A stretch of DNA of 64,000 nt, taken from contig DATNOG010000113.1 of the NCBI GenBank assembly GCA_035601415.1, forward strand, positions 1,890 through 65,889, given 5' to 3'. The translations under genes and the position numbers were made by a program. A model generated the notes under the pieces. It saw nothing but the letters and a program-made list of their open reading frames with translations, was not told the origin of the DNA and ran no database searches. The first letter of the stretch is position 1, and every line of letters starts with the position of its first letter. Positions 9,010 to 19,422 of this stretch are shown piece after piece. Source of the DNA: Pyrinomonadaceae bacterium (GTDB taxonomy: Bacteria > Acidobacteriota > Blastocatellia > Pyrinomonadales > Pyrinomonadaceae).

Positions 9010-10134
9010 TCATTGTTTGCGGCGCGCCGCGGTTTGCGACTTATCTGGTTTCTTATCAGCTTTCTTGGATCGATCACTGCGATCCTTTTTCAATTTGTCC
9101 GTCACAGTTCTTTGATTATCGGCATTAGCTTTCGCGCGCGGCGCGGTGACTGAAGCGGCAACCGTTTTCTTATCTTTCGCAGGTTCAACAACCGCCGCTG
9201 TAGTTGCAGCAGTTGGCGCTTCCGCGCCGTCCGCTGTTGTATGCGCGCCCGAAGTCAGGCCGACGATCGCTTTACCATTGCCCAGGCTCATGTCGATGTA
9301 ACTGATCAGCGCGGGGTTGGGAATGTCGTCGTGCGAGTCGAGCACCTTGAATGCGCCTCTCAATCGCTCGGCCTGGTCGCGCGAGCCCAGTCTTACTTCA
9401 ATCTGCGAGTTGTCACCCGCTAACTGTGCGCGTACGTCACGAATGTCCATCAGGTTAACCTCGCTCACTCGCTCCGATAGTCCGGCCGCGTCCCAATCCC
9501 GCTGCAGCTCGAGAAACTTTGCGACTCGCTCACGATTTTCGTTATGTGCGGATTCCGAATCTTCATCACTAAGTCCGCGCAGGAAGAACGCCGGTATTTG
9601 GTCCGTGGGCTGCATTTCGCCGAGCAAGGTTGCTTCTTCGTCAACCCAGCGAAAACGCCCAGCCGAGGTTCGCACCACTGCGCGCGGCGTGCGCTCAGTA
9701 ATTCGCACGCGAATGCGGTCCGGCAGGACGCGCGAAACGATTGCGGTTCTTACCCACGGCAATCGTTCAATGCGTTCGTTGATACCGGTGAGGTCAGCTT
9801 GCCAGACACCAGTCTTGTCTACTGACTGCCTGACCAGCGCCTGAATCTCAGCCGGCTGCAAACGGGATGTACCCTGCACTTCAACATTTCGTAATTGAAA
9901 AAAACTCGCCGAAGCGGCCGCCCGATAGCCGGCAAAAACGAGAACGCCAATAACAATCGCCAACGCCAGCTTCAGAAACGCAGGAAGGTAACCAAGCAAG
10001 ACACGCAAGCGCGCGCTGAATGGCTCGCCGCCGCTTTCACGCCGCACGGGCTTCTGTGTCACGGCCCCGGAACGTCGCTGACCGCCGATACCAGAACGGT
10101 TGCCAACCTTTTGTGCGATGAGCTGCTCTCTCAT
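9010..10134 (-). CDS. ftsQ: cell division protein FtsQ with a Lys-rich C-terminal tail
   Basis: One TM (LPAFLKLALAIVIGVLVFAGY), a POTRA-like segment FQLRNVEVQGTSRLQPAEIQALV, and dcw context. ATGA overlap with the murB stop. Confidence 0.8.
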   Translation of the reverse strand: MREQLIAQKVGNRSGIGGQRRSGAVTQKPVRRESGGEPFSARLRVLLGYLPAFLKLALAIVIGVLVFAGYRAAASASFFQLRNVEVQGTSRLQPAEIQALVRQSVDKTGVWQADLTGINERIERLPWVRTAIVSRVLPDRIRVRITERTPRAVVRTSAGRFRWVDEEATLLGEMQPTDQIPAFFLRGLSDEDSESAHNENRERVAKFLELQRDWDAAGLSERVSEVNLMDIRDVRAQLAGDNSQIEVRLGSRDQAERLRGAFKVLDSHDDIPNPALISYIDMSLGNGKAIVGLTSGAHTTADGAEAPTAATTAAVVEPAKDKKTVAASVTAPRAKANADNQRTVTDKLKKDRSDRSKKADKKPDKSQTAARRKQ

Positions 10135-11120
10135 GTCGGCTCCTTTTCTTCCGAGACGTCGGTCGTCCGGCTGTCTTTGTTTTCATTGGCGCGCCACAGT
10201 TCCACTTCATACTCCAACTCGATGCCATGCTCGCGCTTGACGCGTTCACGCACTTCCTCGGCGAGCGCCAGCGCATCTTCGGCCTTCGCGCCTTCTTCGG
10301 TGACGATGAAGTTCGCGTGAACGGGAGAAATGACTGCGCTGCCTTTTCGCACGCCTTTCATGCCCATTTCATCAATCATTTTGCCGGTGCCGACCGTCGC
10401 TGCCGGTGGATTTTTGAAGAAGCACCCGGCCGAACGCGAGCCATGTGGCTGCGTTGCCATGCGTCGCGACTTTGCATCTTCCATGCGCGCGCGAATTTTT
10501 TCCGGATCGTCGGGCGTCAAATGCAAGGTCGAGCCCAGCAACAACTCGCCTTCTTTGAACGACGTGTGCCGGTAGTTCCATTGCACTTCATTCCCCGGAA
10601 TCTCAACGACTTTTCCTTCGCGCGCCACGCGCACGGTCTCGGTAACCGTTCCAATCTCGTGTCCGTAGGCGCCGGCGTTCATCCAAAGCGCGCCGCCGAC
10701 TGTTCCCGGAATTCCCCCCAGACCCTCGATTCCCGAGAGCCCGCGGCGCGAGACATCAATGCACAAACGCGGCAGCGAATAGCCGGCCGGCACCGAAACG
10801 CGCTCGCCGTCAAACTCCAGCTCGCCTTTAAGTTCCTTAAGACTCAGGACTACGTAGCGATGATCGCCGTCGTCCGCGAGAATGTTGCTGCCCGAGCCCA
10901 GGGCCCGCCAACCAATGCCTGCCTGGTCCATCGCGTAGACCACCGCCGCCGCCTGCGCTTCAGTTTCCGGCGATACTAACCAATCGATTGCTCCGCCCAC
11001 GCGCAAGCTGGTTAACTCGGCAAAGCGACGGCCACGCTCGGCGCGCACGCCAAGCCGCGCGACAATCTCTTCCAGCGACTGGTCCCGTTGGCGGAATTTG
11101 TTTTCGTCGTCTTCAGGCAT
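10131..11120 (-). CDS. murB: UDP-N-acetylenolpyruvoylglucosamine reductase
   Basis: 329 aa: LRVGGAIDWLV, GSGSNIL, and a C-terminal SAGCFFKNP motif. dcw context. Confidence 0.9.
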   Translation of the reverse strand: MPEDDENKFRQRDQSLEEIVARLGVRAERGRRFAELTSLRVGGAIDWLVSPETEAQAAAVVYAMDQAGIGWRALGSGSNILADDGDHRYVVLSLKELKGELEFDGERVSVPAGYSLPRLCIDVSRRGLSGIEGLGGIPGTVGGALWMNAGAYGHEIGTVTETVRVAREGKVVEIPGNEVQWNYRHTSFKEGELLLGSTLHLTPDDPEKIRARMEDAKSRRMATQPHGSRSAGCFFKNPPAATVGTGKMIDEMGMKGVRKGSAVISPVHANFIVTEEGAKAEDALALAEEVRERVKREHGIELEYEVELWRANENKDSRTTDVSEEKEPT

Positions 11121-11148
11121 AACCCAAACCGCAAACTAACAGTTTGCT

Positions 11149-12549
11149 TTACACACTCTTCGCTTCAGCTCGCTCACGAAGCAGTTCCAGCAATTGATCG
11201 CTTACGCGGCTCACAGTTCCAGCGCCCAAGGTCAAAACCAAATCGCCAGGCTGCACATAATCGCGCAAAGTAGTGGCGGCATTCTCAAGCGCGCCGATGT
11301 AGCGCACATCTTTGTGGCCAAAGCGTTTGATGGCCGCGGTCAGCGTTTCGGCGGTCGTGCCTTCGATCGGATCTTCGCTCGCCGCATAGATATCCGTAAT
11401 AAAAAGCGTGTCGGCATTGTTGAAAGAGCGCGCGAACTCTTCCATCAGATCGTGCGTGCGACTGTAGCGATGCGGCTGAAACAGCACCACGATACGCCGG
11501 CCGCCGGAGCCTATCTTGGCCGCCGCCAACGTTGCTTTTACTTCAGTGGGATGATGGCCGTAATCGTCTACGATCATTACGCCGTTCATCTCGCCCTTGG
11601 ATTGAAAACGCCGGCCCGCACCGTTAAATTCCGCAAGCGCTTCAGCGATTTGGGTGAACGGCACATCCAGTTCAAAACCGACGGCGATGGCGGCCAGGGC
11701 GTTGTAAACGTTATGGAGACCAGGCACGCGCAAGGCGATATCGCCGACAACATCCGCTCCATGCCAAACCGTGAAGATTGAACCAAAGCTCTGGTCGTAA
11801 CGAATGTTATGCGCTGAGATATCAGCTTGCGCGCTTAAGCCATAAGTGATGCGCCGGCGCTCAATGTGCGGAATGATCGCCTGCACGTTTGGATCGTCGA
11901 GACAAAGAACCGAGGCGCCATAAAAGGGCACACTGTTCACGAATTTCGTAAAGCAGGCGCGCACATCGTCCATGTCGTGGTAGTAGTCCATGTGCTCGCG
12001 ATCGATATTCGTCACGACTGCTATCGTAGGAATCAGCATGAGGAACGAACGGTCGCTCTCGTCGGCCTCAACCACCATCAGATCGCTTGTGCCCAGATGC
12101 GCGTTCGATCCGAAGGCGCCAACCACGCCACCAACCACTATGGTCGGATCCATTCCTGCGTGACCTAAGACAGTTGCGACCATCGACGTTGTAGTTGTTT
12201 TTCCGTGCGAGCCGGCAACCGCAACCGTGTGCGGCTTGAGCCGCATTAGTTCCGCGAGCATTTCCGCGCGCGGTATCACCGGGATGGAACGATGCTGGGC
12301 TTCGAGAATTTCCGGGTTGTCGTCGCGCACTGCGGTCGAGCGAACGACTACATGCGCGTCGCCGACATTTTCGCCGTTATGACCTTCAGCGAAATCGATT
12401 CCCATTTGTTGCAGGCGATCCGTCACGCTCGAACGCTTTGCATCAGAACCCGAGACGCGAAAACCGAGATTGACGAGCACCTCGGCGATACCGGACATGC
12501 CGATGCCACCAATGCCGACGAAGTGAACGTGTTGAATGCGACGAAACAT
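11149..12549 (-). CDS. murC: UDP-N-acetylmuramate--L-alanine ligase
   Basis: 466 aa: [30 protein letters not shown]. Confidence 0.93.
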   Translation of the reverse strand: MFRRIQHVHFVGIGGIGMSGIAEVLVNLGFRVSGSDAKRSSVTDRLQQMGIDFAEGHNGENVGDAHVVVRSTAVRDDNPEILEAQHRSIPVIPRAEMLAELMRLKPHTVAVAGSHGKTTTTSMVATVLGHAGMDPTIVVGGVVGAFGSNAHLGTSDLMVVEADESDRSFLMLIPTIAVVTNIDREHMDYYHDMDDVRACFTKFVNSVPFYGASVLCLDDPNVQAIIPHIERRRITYGLSAQADISAHNIRYDQSFGSIFTVWHGADVVGDIALRVPGLHNVYNALAAIAVGFELDVPFTQIAEALAEFNGAGRRFQSKGEMNGVMIVDDYGHHPTEVKATLAAAKIGSGGRRIVVLFQPHRYSRTHDLMEEFARSFNNADTLFITDIYAASEDPIEGTTAETLTAAIKRFGHKDVRYIGALENAATTLRDYVQPGDLVLTLGAGTVSRVSDQLLELLRERAEAKSV

Positions 12550-12556
12550 TTCTTTT

Positions 12557-12585
12557 GGTCAGTAGTCAGTTGTTAGTCGTTAATT
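12557..12585. repeat. heptad-tandem array, single arm (GTYAGTN family), filling the murC|murG gap
   Basis: ggtcagtagtcagttgttagtcgttaatt, read as GTCAGTA GTCAGTT GTTAGTC GTTAATT. Confidence 0.55.
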
Positions 12586-12587
12586 GC

Positions 12588-13673
12588 CTACTGCCGTCTT
12601 TCCACCATTCCCTCAACCAGATCAACCACCTTGGCAGCCGCGTCGCCAGGCGATAGCTTGCGCGTGGCGTGCTCCATGGCTGTTACCTTTTCCGGCTCGC
12701 CGACCAGGGTTGCAATCTCGCTCGCCAATCTTTGCGGCGACAAGTCCTGCTGCAAGATCATCTTCCCTGCTCCCGCCGCTGCCATTGCTTCCGCGTTCTT
12801 CCGTTGATGATCGTCGGCGGCGAATGGAAACGGAATCATCAGCGAGGCCTTGCCGGCCGCGATCAACTCTGCGGTCGTAGTCGCGCCCGCGCGACAAATC
12901 ACTAAATCAATCTCGGCAAAAGCAGCGACCATATTGTCTATGTACTTCCTAACGTCTGCTTGCGCGCTCCAGCTCTCGTTCGCGTACCCTGATAATACCT
13001 GCTCATAATCTGCCTCGCCGGTTTGATGGGTAACCCGCAACTTGTTTTTAACTTCACCGAGCAGCGGCAATGCGCCAACCATCGCCTGGTTAATTGCATG
13101 CGCGCCCTGCGAGCCCCCAAAAATCAATACTGACAACCGTGAAGGGTCGCGCCGCTTTTCCGGTATCTCAAAGAACTCGCGCCGCACCGGATTGCCGGTA
13201 ACAAGGCCCTTGCCGCCAAAGAACGGCAGAGCCGCTTCAAAAGAAACTGCTGCCTTATCAATAAAACGTGCCAGCACGCGATTGGTCCAACCCGGCAGCG
13301 CATTGGATTCCATTATCAGCGTCGGCAACTTTGTGAACGATGCGGTCAAAAGAACCGGTCCTGAAACATATCCGCCGGCGCCAATAACTACATCGGGACG
13401 AAACTCTTTAATCAGCGCCCGTGCCTGCCGCAGACTTTTTGGCAATATCAACAGTCCGCTGGCGCGTGCCGCGACACCAACGTTTTTCAGCCCCGCACTT
13501 TCAATCAGCGAAAGTTCCAGTCCCGCTTGTGGAACTAACTTGTTTTCAAGCCCGCGCGCCGTACCAACAAACTTAACTTCCGAGTCGGGATGCCGGCGCA
13601 TAATTTCCTTCGCGACCGCAATGCCCGGATAAATGTGGCCGCCTGTGCCACCGGCGGCGATCAGTACGCGCAT
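12588..13673 (-). CDS. murG: undecaprenyldiphospho-muramoylpentapeptide beta-N-acetylglucosaminyltransferase
   Basis: MRVLIAAGGTGGHIYPG. Start trimmed to ATG 13673; the ORF-track extension to 13751 overlaps ftsW. Confidence 0.92.
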   Translation of the reverse strand: MRVLIAAGGTGGHIYPGIAVAKEIMRRHPDSEVKFVGTARGLENKLVPQAGLELSLIESAGLKNVGVAARASGLLILPKSLRQARALIKEFRPDVVIGAGGYVSGPVLLTASFTKLPTLIMESNALPGWTNRVLARFIDKAAVSFEAALPFFGGKGLVTGNPVRREFFEIPEKRRDPSRLSVLIFGGSQGAHAINQAMVGALPLLGEVKNKLRVTHQTGEADYEQVLSGYANESWSAQADVRKYIDNMVAAFAEIDLVICRAGATTTAELIAAGKASLMIPFPFAADDHQRKNAEAMAAAGAGKMILQQDLSPQRLASEIATLVGEPEKVTAMEHATRKLSPGDAAAKVVDLVEGMVERRQ

Positions 13674-13677
13674 CGCT

Positions 13678-14877
13678 TTATCCAAAGCGCGATGAAGCCA
13701 CGCGTCTCGCCGGCGCCACGCGCAGTCTTCGTGGTTCTCTCGCTGCCTCACCGCGCGCGGACTTGATTTGCGACAAACTTACTGAGCCCGTGGCGTGCTG
13801 CGAGATGTTTAGCAGAATGCCAACTGCCGCCAGCGTCGGCACCAGCGAAGAGCCACCGTAGGAAATGAACGGCAGCGGAATCCCTTTCGTCGGCACCAGC
13901 GACAGCACGACGCTGATGTTGAAAAGTGCCTGGGCCACGATTCCCGTCACCAACCCCAACGACAGCAGCATGCCGAAACGATCTGGCGCCAACAGCGAAG
14001 TACGAATGCCACGCCACAAAAACAGCCCGAAGATGAGCAGCACTGTCAGCGTTCCGATAAGTCCAAGTTCTTCGCCGATGACTGCGAAAATAAAGTCAGA
14101 ATGCGCAAAAGGCAGAAACATCATCTTTTGCTTGCCTTGCGCAAAGCCCAATCCATTTGGTCCACCCGAACCGATCGCGATCAGCGACTGTACTACCTGA
14201 AAACCGCTACCCTGCGGGTCGGCCCAGGGATCGAGAAACATGATCATGCGCCGCATGCGAAACGGGACGAAGATTAATAAACCCGCGACACCAAATAATG
14301 CCGGGGCCGCGACCATTCCCAAATGCAACAAGCGCGCGCCCGACGTGTAGATTAGAACGCCAAAGATGACTGCCAACATCATCGCTGTTCCCAGATCCGG
14401 CTCGGCAACCACCAGCACTGCCAGCAATCCAGTAATGAAAGCGCACGGGACAAAAGTGCGCCAGAACGATTGTTCGTCGCCGGCATGTTTCTCGAGGAAG
14501 TACGCCAGAAAGAGTGCCAGAACGAGTTTTGATAATTCCGATGGCTGAATTGAAAACCCTTTGAACTTGATCCAGCGGTGCGCGCCGTTAACTCTTCCAA
14601 ACGCAAAGACAGCCAGCAGCATCAGCACCGTCAATAAAAGCAGGCCGTAAACAATGCGCCGATCGCGCAGCCGGTTGTAATCAAACTGCATGGCGGCGAG
14701 CATCACCACGAACCCGATGGACGTCCAGATGGCTTGCTTGATCACGTAATAATATTGATTGCCGTTTTCGCGTTGGGCAATCACCGCCGAGGCGCTGTAA
14801 ACCATGACCACGCCAAACAGCGCCAATCCTATGGTCGCCGCAAAAAGCCATTTGTCTGGATAAAGCTTCTTTGCCAT
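13678..14877 (-). CDS. ftsW: SEDS-family peptidoglycan glycosyltransferase FtsW
   Basis: 399 aa, polytopic FtsW/RodA family (GLALFGVVMVYSAS..). Sits at the dcw position between murD and murG. Confidence 0.88.
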   Translation of the reverse strand: MAKKLYPDKWLFAATIGLALFGVVMVYSASAVIAQRENGNQYYYVIKQAIWTSIGFVVMLAAMQFDYNRLRDRRIVYGLLLLTVLMLLAVFAFGRVNGAHRWIKFKGFSIQPSELSKLVLALFLAYFLEKHAGDEQSFWRTFVPCAFITGLLAVLVVAEPDLGTAMMLAVIFGVLIYTSGARLLHLGMVAAPALFGVAGLLIFVPFRMRRMIMFLDPWADPQGSGFQVVQSLIAIGSGGPNGLGFAQGKQKMMFLPFAHSDFIFAVIGEELGLIGTLTVLLIFGLFLWRGIRTSLLAPDRFGMLLSLGLVTGIVAQALFNISVVLSLVPTKGIPLPFISYGGSSLVPTLAAVGILLNISQHATGSVSLSQIKSARGEAAREPRRLRVAPARRVASSRFG

Positions 14878-14880
14878 GAA

Positions 14881-16275
14881 CTAATTTTCGATTGCCGATT
14901 GCCGATTGCCGATTGCCGCGGCTAGCCGACCTACTTCTTCTTTAAAGACGCGGCCGCGATGTTCAAAACTATCGAACATGTCGAAACTCGCGCACGCCGG
15001 CGCCAGCAAAACGATGTCGCCCGGCTGCGCTGCCTCGAACGAAAGCGTGACTGCATCTTTCATGTCGCCGGCAAACTCAGTCGTTGCAAATTCTCCCAGC
15101 TCGCCGGCGATTGTTTGCGCATCCTCGCCAATCAGTACCAGCTTGCGCACCTTTTCCTGAATCAGCGGAGCTAGCGGAAGATAGGGCGCCTTCTTTCCAC
15201 GTCCGCCCAGGATCAAAATTATCTTTCCCGACTGGTCGGCGAAAGCCTCCAGCGCCTTCAGCGTCGCGTCGACGCTCGTCGCTTTTGAGTCGTTATAAAA
15301 CTGAACCGCATTCAATTCAGTAACAAACTCAAGGCGATGTTCGACTGGCTCAAAATTCTTCAACGTTTCGCGCATCGAATCAGGCGGCGCGCCGCAGGCC
15401 AGGCCCGCTGCTAACGCAGCCAGCACATTCTCAACATTGTGCAGGCCACGCAGTTTCATTTCATCGCGTTGCAGCAAAACCCTTTCGCCATCTTTCATGC
15501 GCGAAACGATCTCGCTGCCGCGCAGGAACAAACCTTCAGCGAGTTCCTGTTTGACGCTGAACCTGGCCACATGTGCACGCAGACTGTTTGCCCAACCCGA
15601 AACGATCTCGTCGTCTGCATTTAGAATTGCCAGATCGCCCGCATCCTGGTTCATAAAAATCCGGTGCTTGGCGCCGGCGTAGTCAGTCAATGATTCGTAA
15701 CGATCCATGTGATTCGGCGTAACGTTTAAGACAGCGGCAACGGCCGGATGAAAATCCTTAATCGTCTCCAACTGAAAACTTGATAGCTCGGCGACTGTCC
15801 AGCCATCTTCGCGAGAACTCTCAACCAGCGAAATCAGGGGCGTGCCAATGTTGCCACCTACTTGCGTTGGCACACCGGCGTTTTTCAAAAATTCTCCAAC
15901 GAGCGTCGTGGTCGTTGTTTTGCCATTCGAGCCCGTTATCGCCACGATGCGCCCATGCAAAAATCGCGATGCCAGCTCAACCTCTCCAACCACTTCCGCG
16001 CCGGCCCGTTTGGCATAGCGAATGGGAATGGATTTCGTTGGCAGGCCCGGACTGACAACCACCAATTCGATCTGGTCCAACAACCAACTTGGCGCCTCGC
16101 CCGGCAACAAGCCCACTCCATCGTCCTTTAGTGCCAGCGCCTCGGCGTTCCACTTTTCCAGCGGCTTCGAATCGTTGAGCGCGACCGTTGCACCGCGCTT
16201 TGCCAAAAACTTCGCGCAAGCAATTCCACTGCGCGCCGCTCCCATCACCAAAACTTTCTTGCCGTTGACGTTCAT
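14881..16275 (-). CDS. murD: UDP-N-acetylmuramoylalanine--D-glutamate ligase
   Basis: 464 aa: VLVMGAARSGIA, ITGSNGKTTTTTL. The last 11 codons (AIGNRQSAIEN) are encoded by a heptad array. Confidence 0.92.
   Translation of the reverse strand: MNVNGKKVLVMGAARSGIACAKFLAKRGATVALNDSKPLEKWNAEALALKDDGVGLLPGEAPSWLLDQIELVVVSPGLPTKSIPIRYAKRAGAEVVGEVELASRFLHGRIVAITGSNGKTTTTTLVGEFLKNAGVPTQVGGNIGTPLISLVESSREDGWTVAELSSFQLETIKDFHPAVAAVLNVTPNHMDRYESLTDYAGAKHRIFMNQDAGDLAILNADDEIVSGWANSLRAHVARFSVKQELAEGLFLRGSEIVSRMKDGERVLLQRDEMKLRGLHNVENVLAALAAGLACGAPPDSMRETLKNFEPVEHRLEFVTELNAVQFYNDSKATSVDATLKALEAFADQSGKIILILGGRGKKAPYLPLAPLIQEKVRKLVLIGEDAQTIAGELGEFATTEFAGDMKDAVTLSFEAAQPGDIVLLAPACASFDMFDSFEHRGRVFKEEVGRLAAAIGNRQSAIEN
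14889..14916. repeat. 4 x CGATTGC heptad array forming the 3' end of murD
   Basis: cgattgc repeated four times exactly. Same 7-mer family as 63681-63766. Confidence 0.8.
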
Positions 16276-16278
16276 ACA

Positions 16279-16455
16279 GTGAGCGGTGAGCGGTGAGCGG
16301 TGAGCAGTAAGATCGGCGAAAGGTCTGCTCTATTCCCAAAGTCACTTGTTACCAAACTCATTCGGTCTGCGCCCCACTCATCCCTGCCTAAAAATTGCTC
16401 TGACCCTGCTTACCGCTCACCGCTTACTGCTTACCGCTTACCGCTCACTGCTCAC
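16279..16455. repeat. heptad inverted-repeat element (GTGAGCG/GTAAGCG family) with a ~97-bp ORF-less centre, filling the murD|mraY gap
   Basis: Left arm gtgagcg x3 + gtgagca + gtaag (16279-16311). Right arm cttaccgctcaccgcttactgcttaccgcttaccgctcactgctcac (16409-16455) is its reverse-complement type. Confidence 0.85.
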
Positions 16456-16456
16456 T

Positions 16457-17611
16457 TCACCGCAGCTTCAGCGTCGACAGACTCAACAGTGCAAACAGGA
16501 TCGCCAGAATCAAAAAGCGAAAGACGATCTTCGACTCCTTCCAATCCTGCATTTCAAAGTGGTGATGAAGCGGCGTCATCTTAAACATGCGCCGCCCGGT
16601 GCCCGTCGTGCGTTTAGTCATCTTGAAAACGCCGACTTGCAACACCACTGAAAGCGCTTCAATCACAAAGACACCGCCCACCATCAACAGCATGAACTCC
16701 TGTTTGGTCAGCACGGCAACAGTGCCAATGGCCCCGCCAATAGCCAGACTGCCGACGTCGCCCATGAAGACTTCGGCCGGCGGCGCGTTGTACCAAAGAA
16801 AGCCCAAACTCGCGCCCGCCATTGCGCCGCAAAATACTGTCAACTCGGCTGCCTCAGGCCGGTGCGTCAATTCCAGATAACGGGCCCAGCGCGCGTCGCT
16901 GGCGAGATAAGTAAAGCCCGTCAGCGCCGTCATCGCGATGAAGGTCACGCTGATGGCCAAACCATCGAGGCCGTCTGTCAGGTTCACTGCGTTTGATGAG
17001 CCCAACAGAACGACAATGATCAGCACCAGGTAAACATAAGGACCGATAAAGCTCTTCCCGTTTGGATCGGCCGTCGCTTTCAGAAACGGTATGCTGACGT
17101 TCCAAGAATAGTCGCTCGCAAAATATTTCGTCAGAATAAAAAGAACGATCCAAACGCCGACCGCCACCAGCAATTGACCGAGCAGCTTCTGCCTGCCGGT
17201 CAAACCGAGACTGCGCTGTTTCGACATCTTGTAGTAATCGTCGGCAAAACCGATGGCGCCAAACAACAACATCGCAATTACCACCGTCCACACGTAAACA
17301 CTTGAGAGTCGCGCCCAAAGCAAAGTCGAAACAATTACCGAACCGACAATCAGCACGCCGCCCATCGTGGGCGTGCCGCGCTTGGCCATATGACCCTGTG
17401 GCCCTTCTTCGCGAATCTGTTGTCCGATATTCCATTTTCGTAAACCTTCGATTAGCTTGCCGCCAAACAACAACGACAGCAGCAGCGCGGTGATCGAGGC
17501 GTAAGCTGTGCGAAAAGTAACGTACTGAAAAACATTGAGCGCCTTGACGAGATACCAATCCTTATCCTTGAAGTGGTTATAAAAGAGTTCGTATAGAACG
17601 TAATAGATCAT
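16457..17611 (-). CDS. mraY: phospho-N-acetylmuramoyl-pentapeptide transferase
   Basis: 384 aa: [25 protein letters not shown]. Confidence 0.93.
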   Translation of the reverse strand: MIYYVLYELFYNHFKDKDWYLVKALNVFQYVTFRTAYASITALLLSLLFGGKLIEGLRKWNIGQQIREEGPQGHMAKRGTPTMGGVLIVGSVIVSTLLWARLSSVYVWTVVIAMLLFGAIGFADDYYKMSKQRSLGLTGRQKLLGQLLVAVGVWIVLFILTKYFASDYSWNVSIPFLKATADPNGKSFIGPYVYLVLIIVVLLGSSNAVNLTDGLDGLAISVTFIAMTALTGFTYLASDARWARYLELTHRPEAAELTVFCGAMAGASLGFLWYNAPPAEVFMGDVGSLAIGGAIGTVAVLTKQEFMLLMVGGVFVIEALSVVLQVGVFKMTKRTTGTGRRMFKMTPLHHHFEMQDWKESKIVFRFLILAILFALLSLSTLKLR

Positions 17612-17656
17612 CTGTTTTCGTCTCGGACCACCGAGTCATTCGTTTACCACTAGAGG

Positions 17657-19141
17657 CTACTGCCCACTTTCCTTGTCCGCCCCCGTAAGCGGAAATCGAT
17701 CTCGAATAGCGCTAACTATTTTCTCGGTTGCAACTCCGCGAGAGCCTTTGATCAAAACCAGGTCGCCTTCCCTGATCTCGGCAACGATGGCGCGCGCAGC
17801 TTCATTTGAATCTGAAAAGAAGCGCGTCTCGTTGAGTCCGGCTTCGTTTGCGCCGGCGATAATTTCAGCGGCGAGTCCGCGAACTCCCCAGAGAACGTTA
17901 ATGCCCGCTCGTGCAATTTCGGTGCCGGTTTCGCGATGCAGTGCCTTCTCGTTGGCTCCGAGTTCCAGCATTTCACCGGCAATTACAATGCGTCGCAACG
18001 ATTGAGTTCCGCCTTCAGTTATCGTACCCACCATGTTAACCAGAGAGCGCGGGTTCGAATTATACGAGTCGTCAACAACCCGGAACCCCGCCGCAAAATC
18101 GAGCACCTCGCCGCGCATGCGTGGCGGCTTCGCGCTGCTCAATGCCCCTGCAATCTGCTGAGGCGTAACCTCAAAAGAGGTTGCGACTGCCGCCGCTGCC
18201 AGTGCGTTCATCAGATTATGCCTGCCACTCATTCGCAGCATGGCGGGCGCCTCACCCAGCGGCGTTTGCAAGCGAAAACTAATCCTTCCCAGGTGATTAG
18301 CGTTGATCTCTTTCGCAGTGACGTCCGCGTTATTTTCGATACCAAACGTTATCGCGCGGCCCGGATGTTTTTCGCGCATGCGCATGACGAGTAAGTCATC
18401 CGCATTTAAGACCGAGACTCCTTCAGGCTTTAGGCCTTCAATCAGTTCCGCCTTTGCCGCAGCAATGTTTTCGATGGTCCCGAGGTATTCAAGATGAACC
18501 GGCGCGACCATCAACTCGACTGCTACGTCCGGCGGCGTAATCTCGCACAACCTTCGAATCTCATGCGTCGGTGACGACATTCCCATTTCGAGTACTGCCA
18601 CATCAAACTGTTCCGGCGCGCGGCCTTCGCTGACCATTTGCAAGACTGACAGCGGCAAGCCAAGACCGTTGTTGTAATTCTTCTCGCTCTTCAAAACGCG
18701 CCGCCCGCTGCTGCTCAAAAGATGAGCCGTCAACTCCTTGGCAGTAGTCTTCCCAGCGCTTCCGGTAATGGCAACGACCGGTTTCCCCCAGTGTTCGTAA
18801 ACGCGATGGGCCAGCGTCTGCAACGCCGCGATTGCGTCGTCAACCAATAACAGGCGATCTTTCAATCGTTGCAAGTTTTCGTCAGCGCGCACTCGGTCAG
18901 CGCGGGCGACGGCCGCAACCGCTCCCTTCGCCAGGGCGTCTTCGATGTATTGATGCGCATCGGCGAACGTGCCGTTAAAGCCGGCGCGGCCGTAGTCTTC
19001 CTGCGACAGCGCAAAGAAGAGTTCGCCCGCGCCAACTGATCGCGAGTCAATCGAAAAGTCTTTAATTTCTTTGTCAAATAACTCGGCGTCTGCGCCTGCG
19101 GCGTTTGCGCCCATCAAATGCAATGCTTCCCCAACCTTCAC
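17657..19141 (-). CDS. murF: UDP-N-acetylmuramoyl-tripeptide--D-alanyl-D-alanine ligase
   Basis: 494 aa: SIDSRSVGAGELFFAL, ITGSAGKTTAKE, DDSYNSNP, GEMLELG, KGSRG. GTG start. Confidence 0.9.
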   Translation of the reverse strand: MKVGEALHLMGANAAGADAELFDKEIKDFSIDSRSVGAGELFFALSQEDYGRAGFNGTFADAHQYIEDALAKGAVAAVARADRVRADENLQRLKDRLLLVDDAIAALQTLAHRVYEHWGKPVVAITGSAGKTTAKELTAHLLSSSGRRVLKSEKNYNNGLGLPLSVLQMVSEGRAPEQFDVAVLEMGMSSPTHEIRRLCEITPPDVAVELMVAPVHLEYLGTIENIAAAKAELIEGLKPEGVSVLNADDLLVMRMREKHPGRAITFGIENNADVTAKEINANHLGRISFRLQTPLGEAPAMLRMSGRHNLMNALAAAAVATSFEVTPQQIAGALSSAKPPRMRGEVLDFAAGFRVVDDSYNSNPRSLVNMVGTITEGGTQSLRRIVIAGEMLELGANEKALHRETGTEIARAGINVLWGVRGLAAEIIAGANEAGLNETRFFSDSNEAARAIVAEIREGDLVLIKGSRGVATEKIVSAIRDRFPLTGADKESGQ

Positions 19142-19422
19142 GTTATGCCAGCCTCTTGCGTGCGCATGGTCAGCAACATTTCGTGCGTATCGTTGCCTCC
19201 ATCCAGCGCTGCCGAACTCACACCAGTGCTCGACAACGATTCTCTCATTGGCGACTCATCATCGAGAAATGGCACTTTCGAAGCAAAAGAATCTTCGTCG
19301 AATTCGCGGCCAACCGCCGTCTTTGGGAAACGGTCGACGCGCAATCGTTTGCGGCAGGCTGTTACTCTTTCCCTGATTTCGTTCGCGGCAGAGTCGTTCC
19401 TCAATGTTCGTTGGGGGATCAT
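19138..19422 (-). CDS. hypothetical 94-aa ORF occupying the position where murE is normally found
   Basis: ATG 19422 lies 9 nt after GGGAG. Its TGA overlaps the murF GTG (GTGA). No recognisable motif and no Mur-ligase signature. Confidence 0.3.
   Translation of the reverse strand: MIPQRTLRNDSAANEIRERVTACRKRLRVDRFPKTAVGREFDEDSFASKVPFLDDESPMRESLSSTGVSSAALDGGNDTHEMLLTMRTQEAGIT

Noticed and set aside
16279-16455. Whether the tandem short repeats here and elsewhere could be CRISPR arrays
   Set aside because: The repeat unit is 7 nt with no unique spacers. The arrays are 28-50 nt long and occur as inverted pairs. No cas genes are present.
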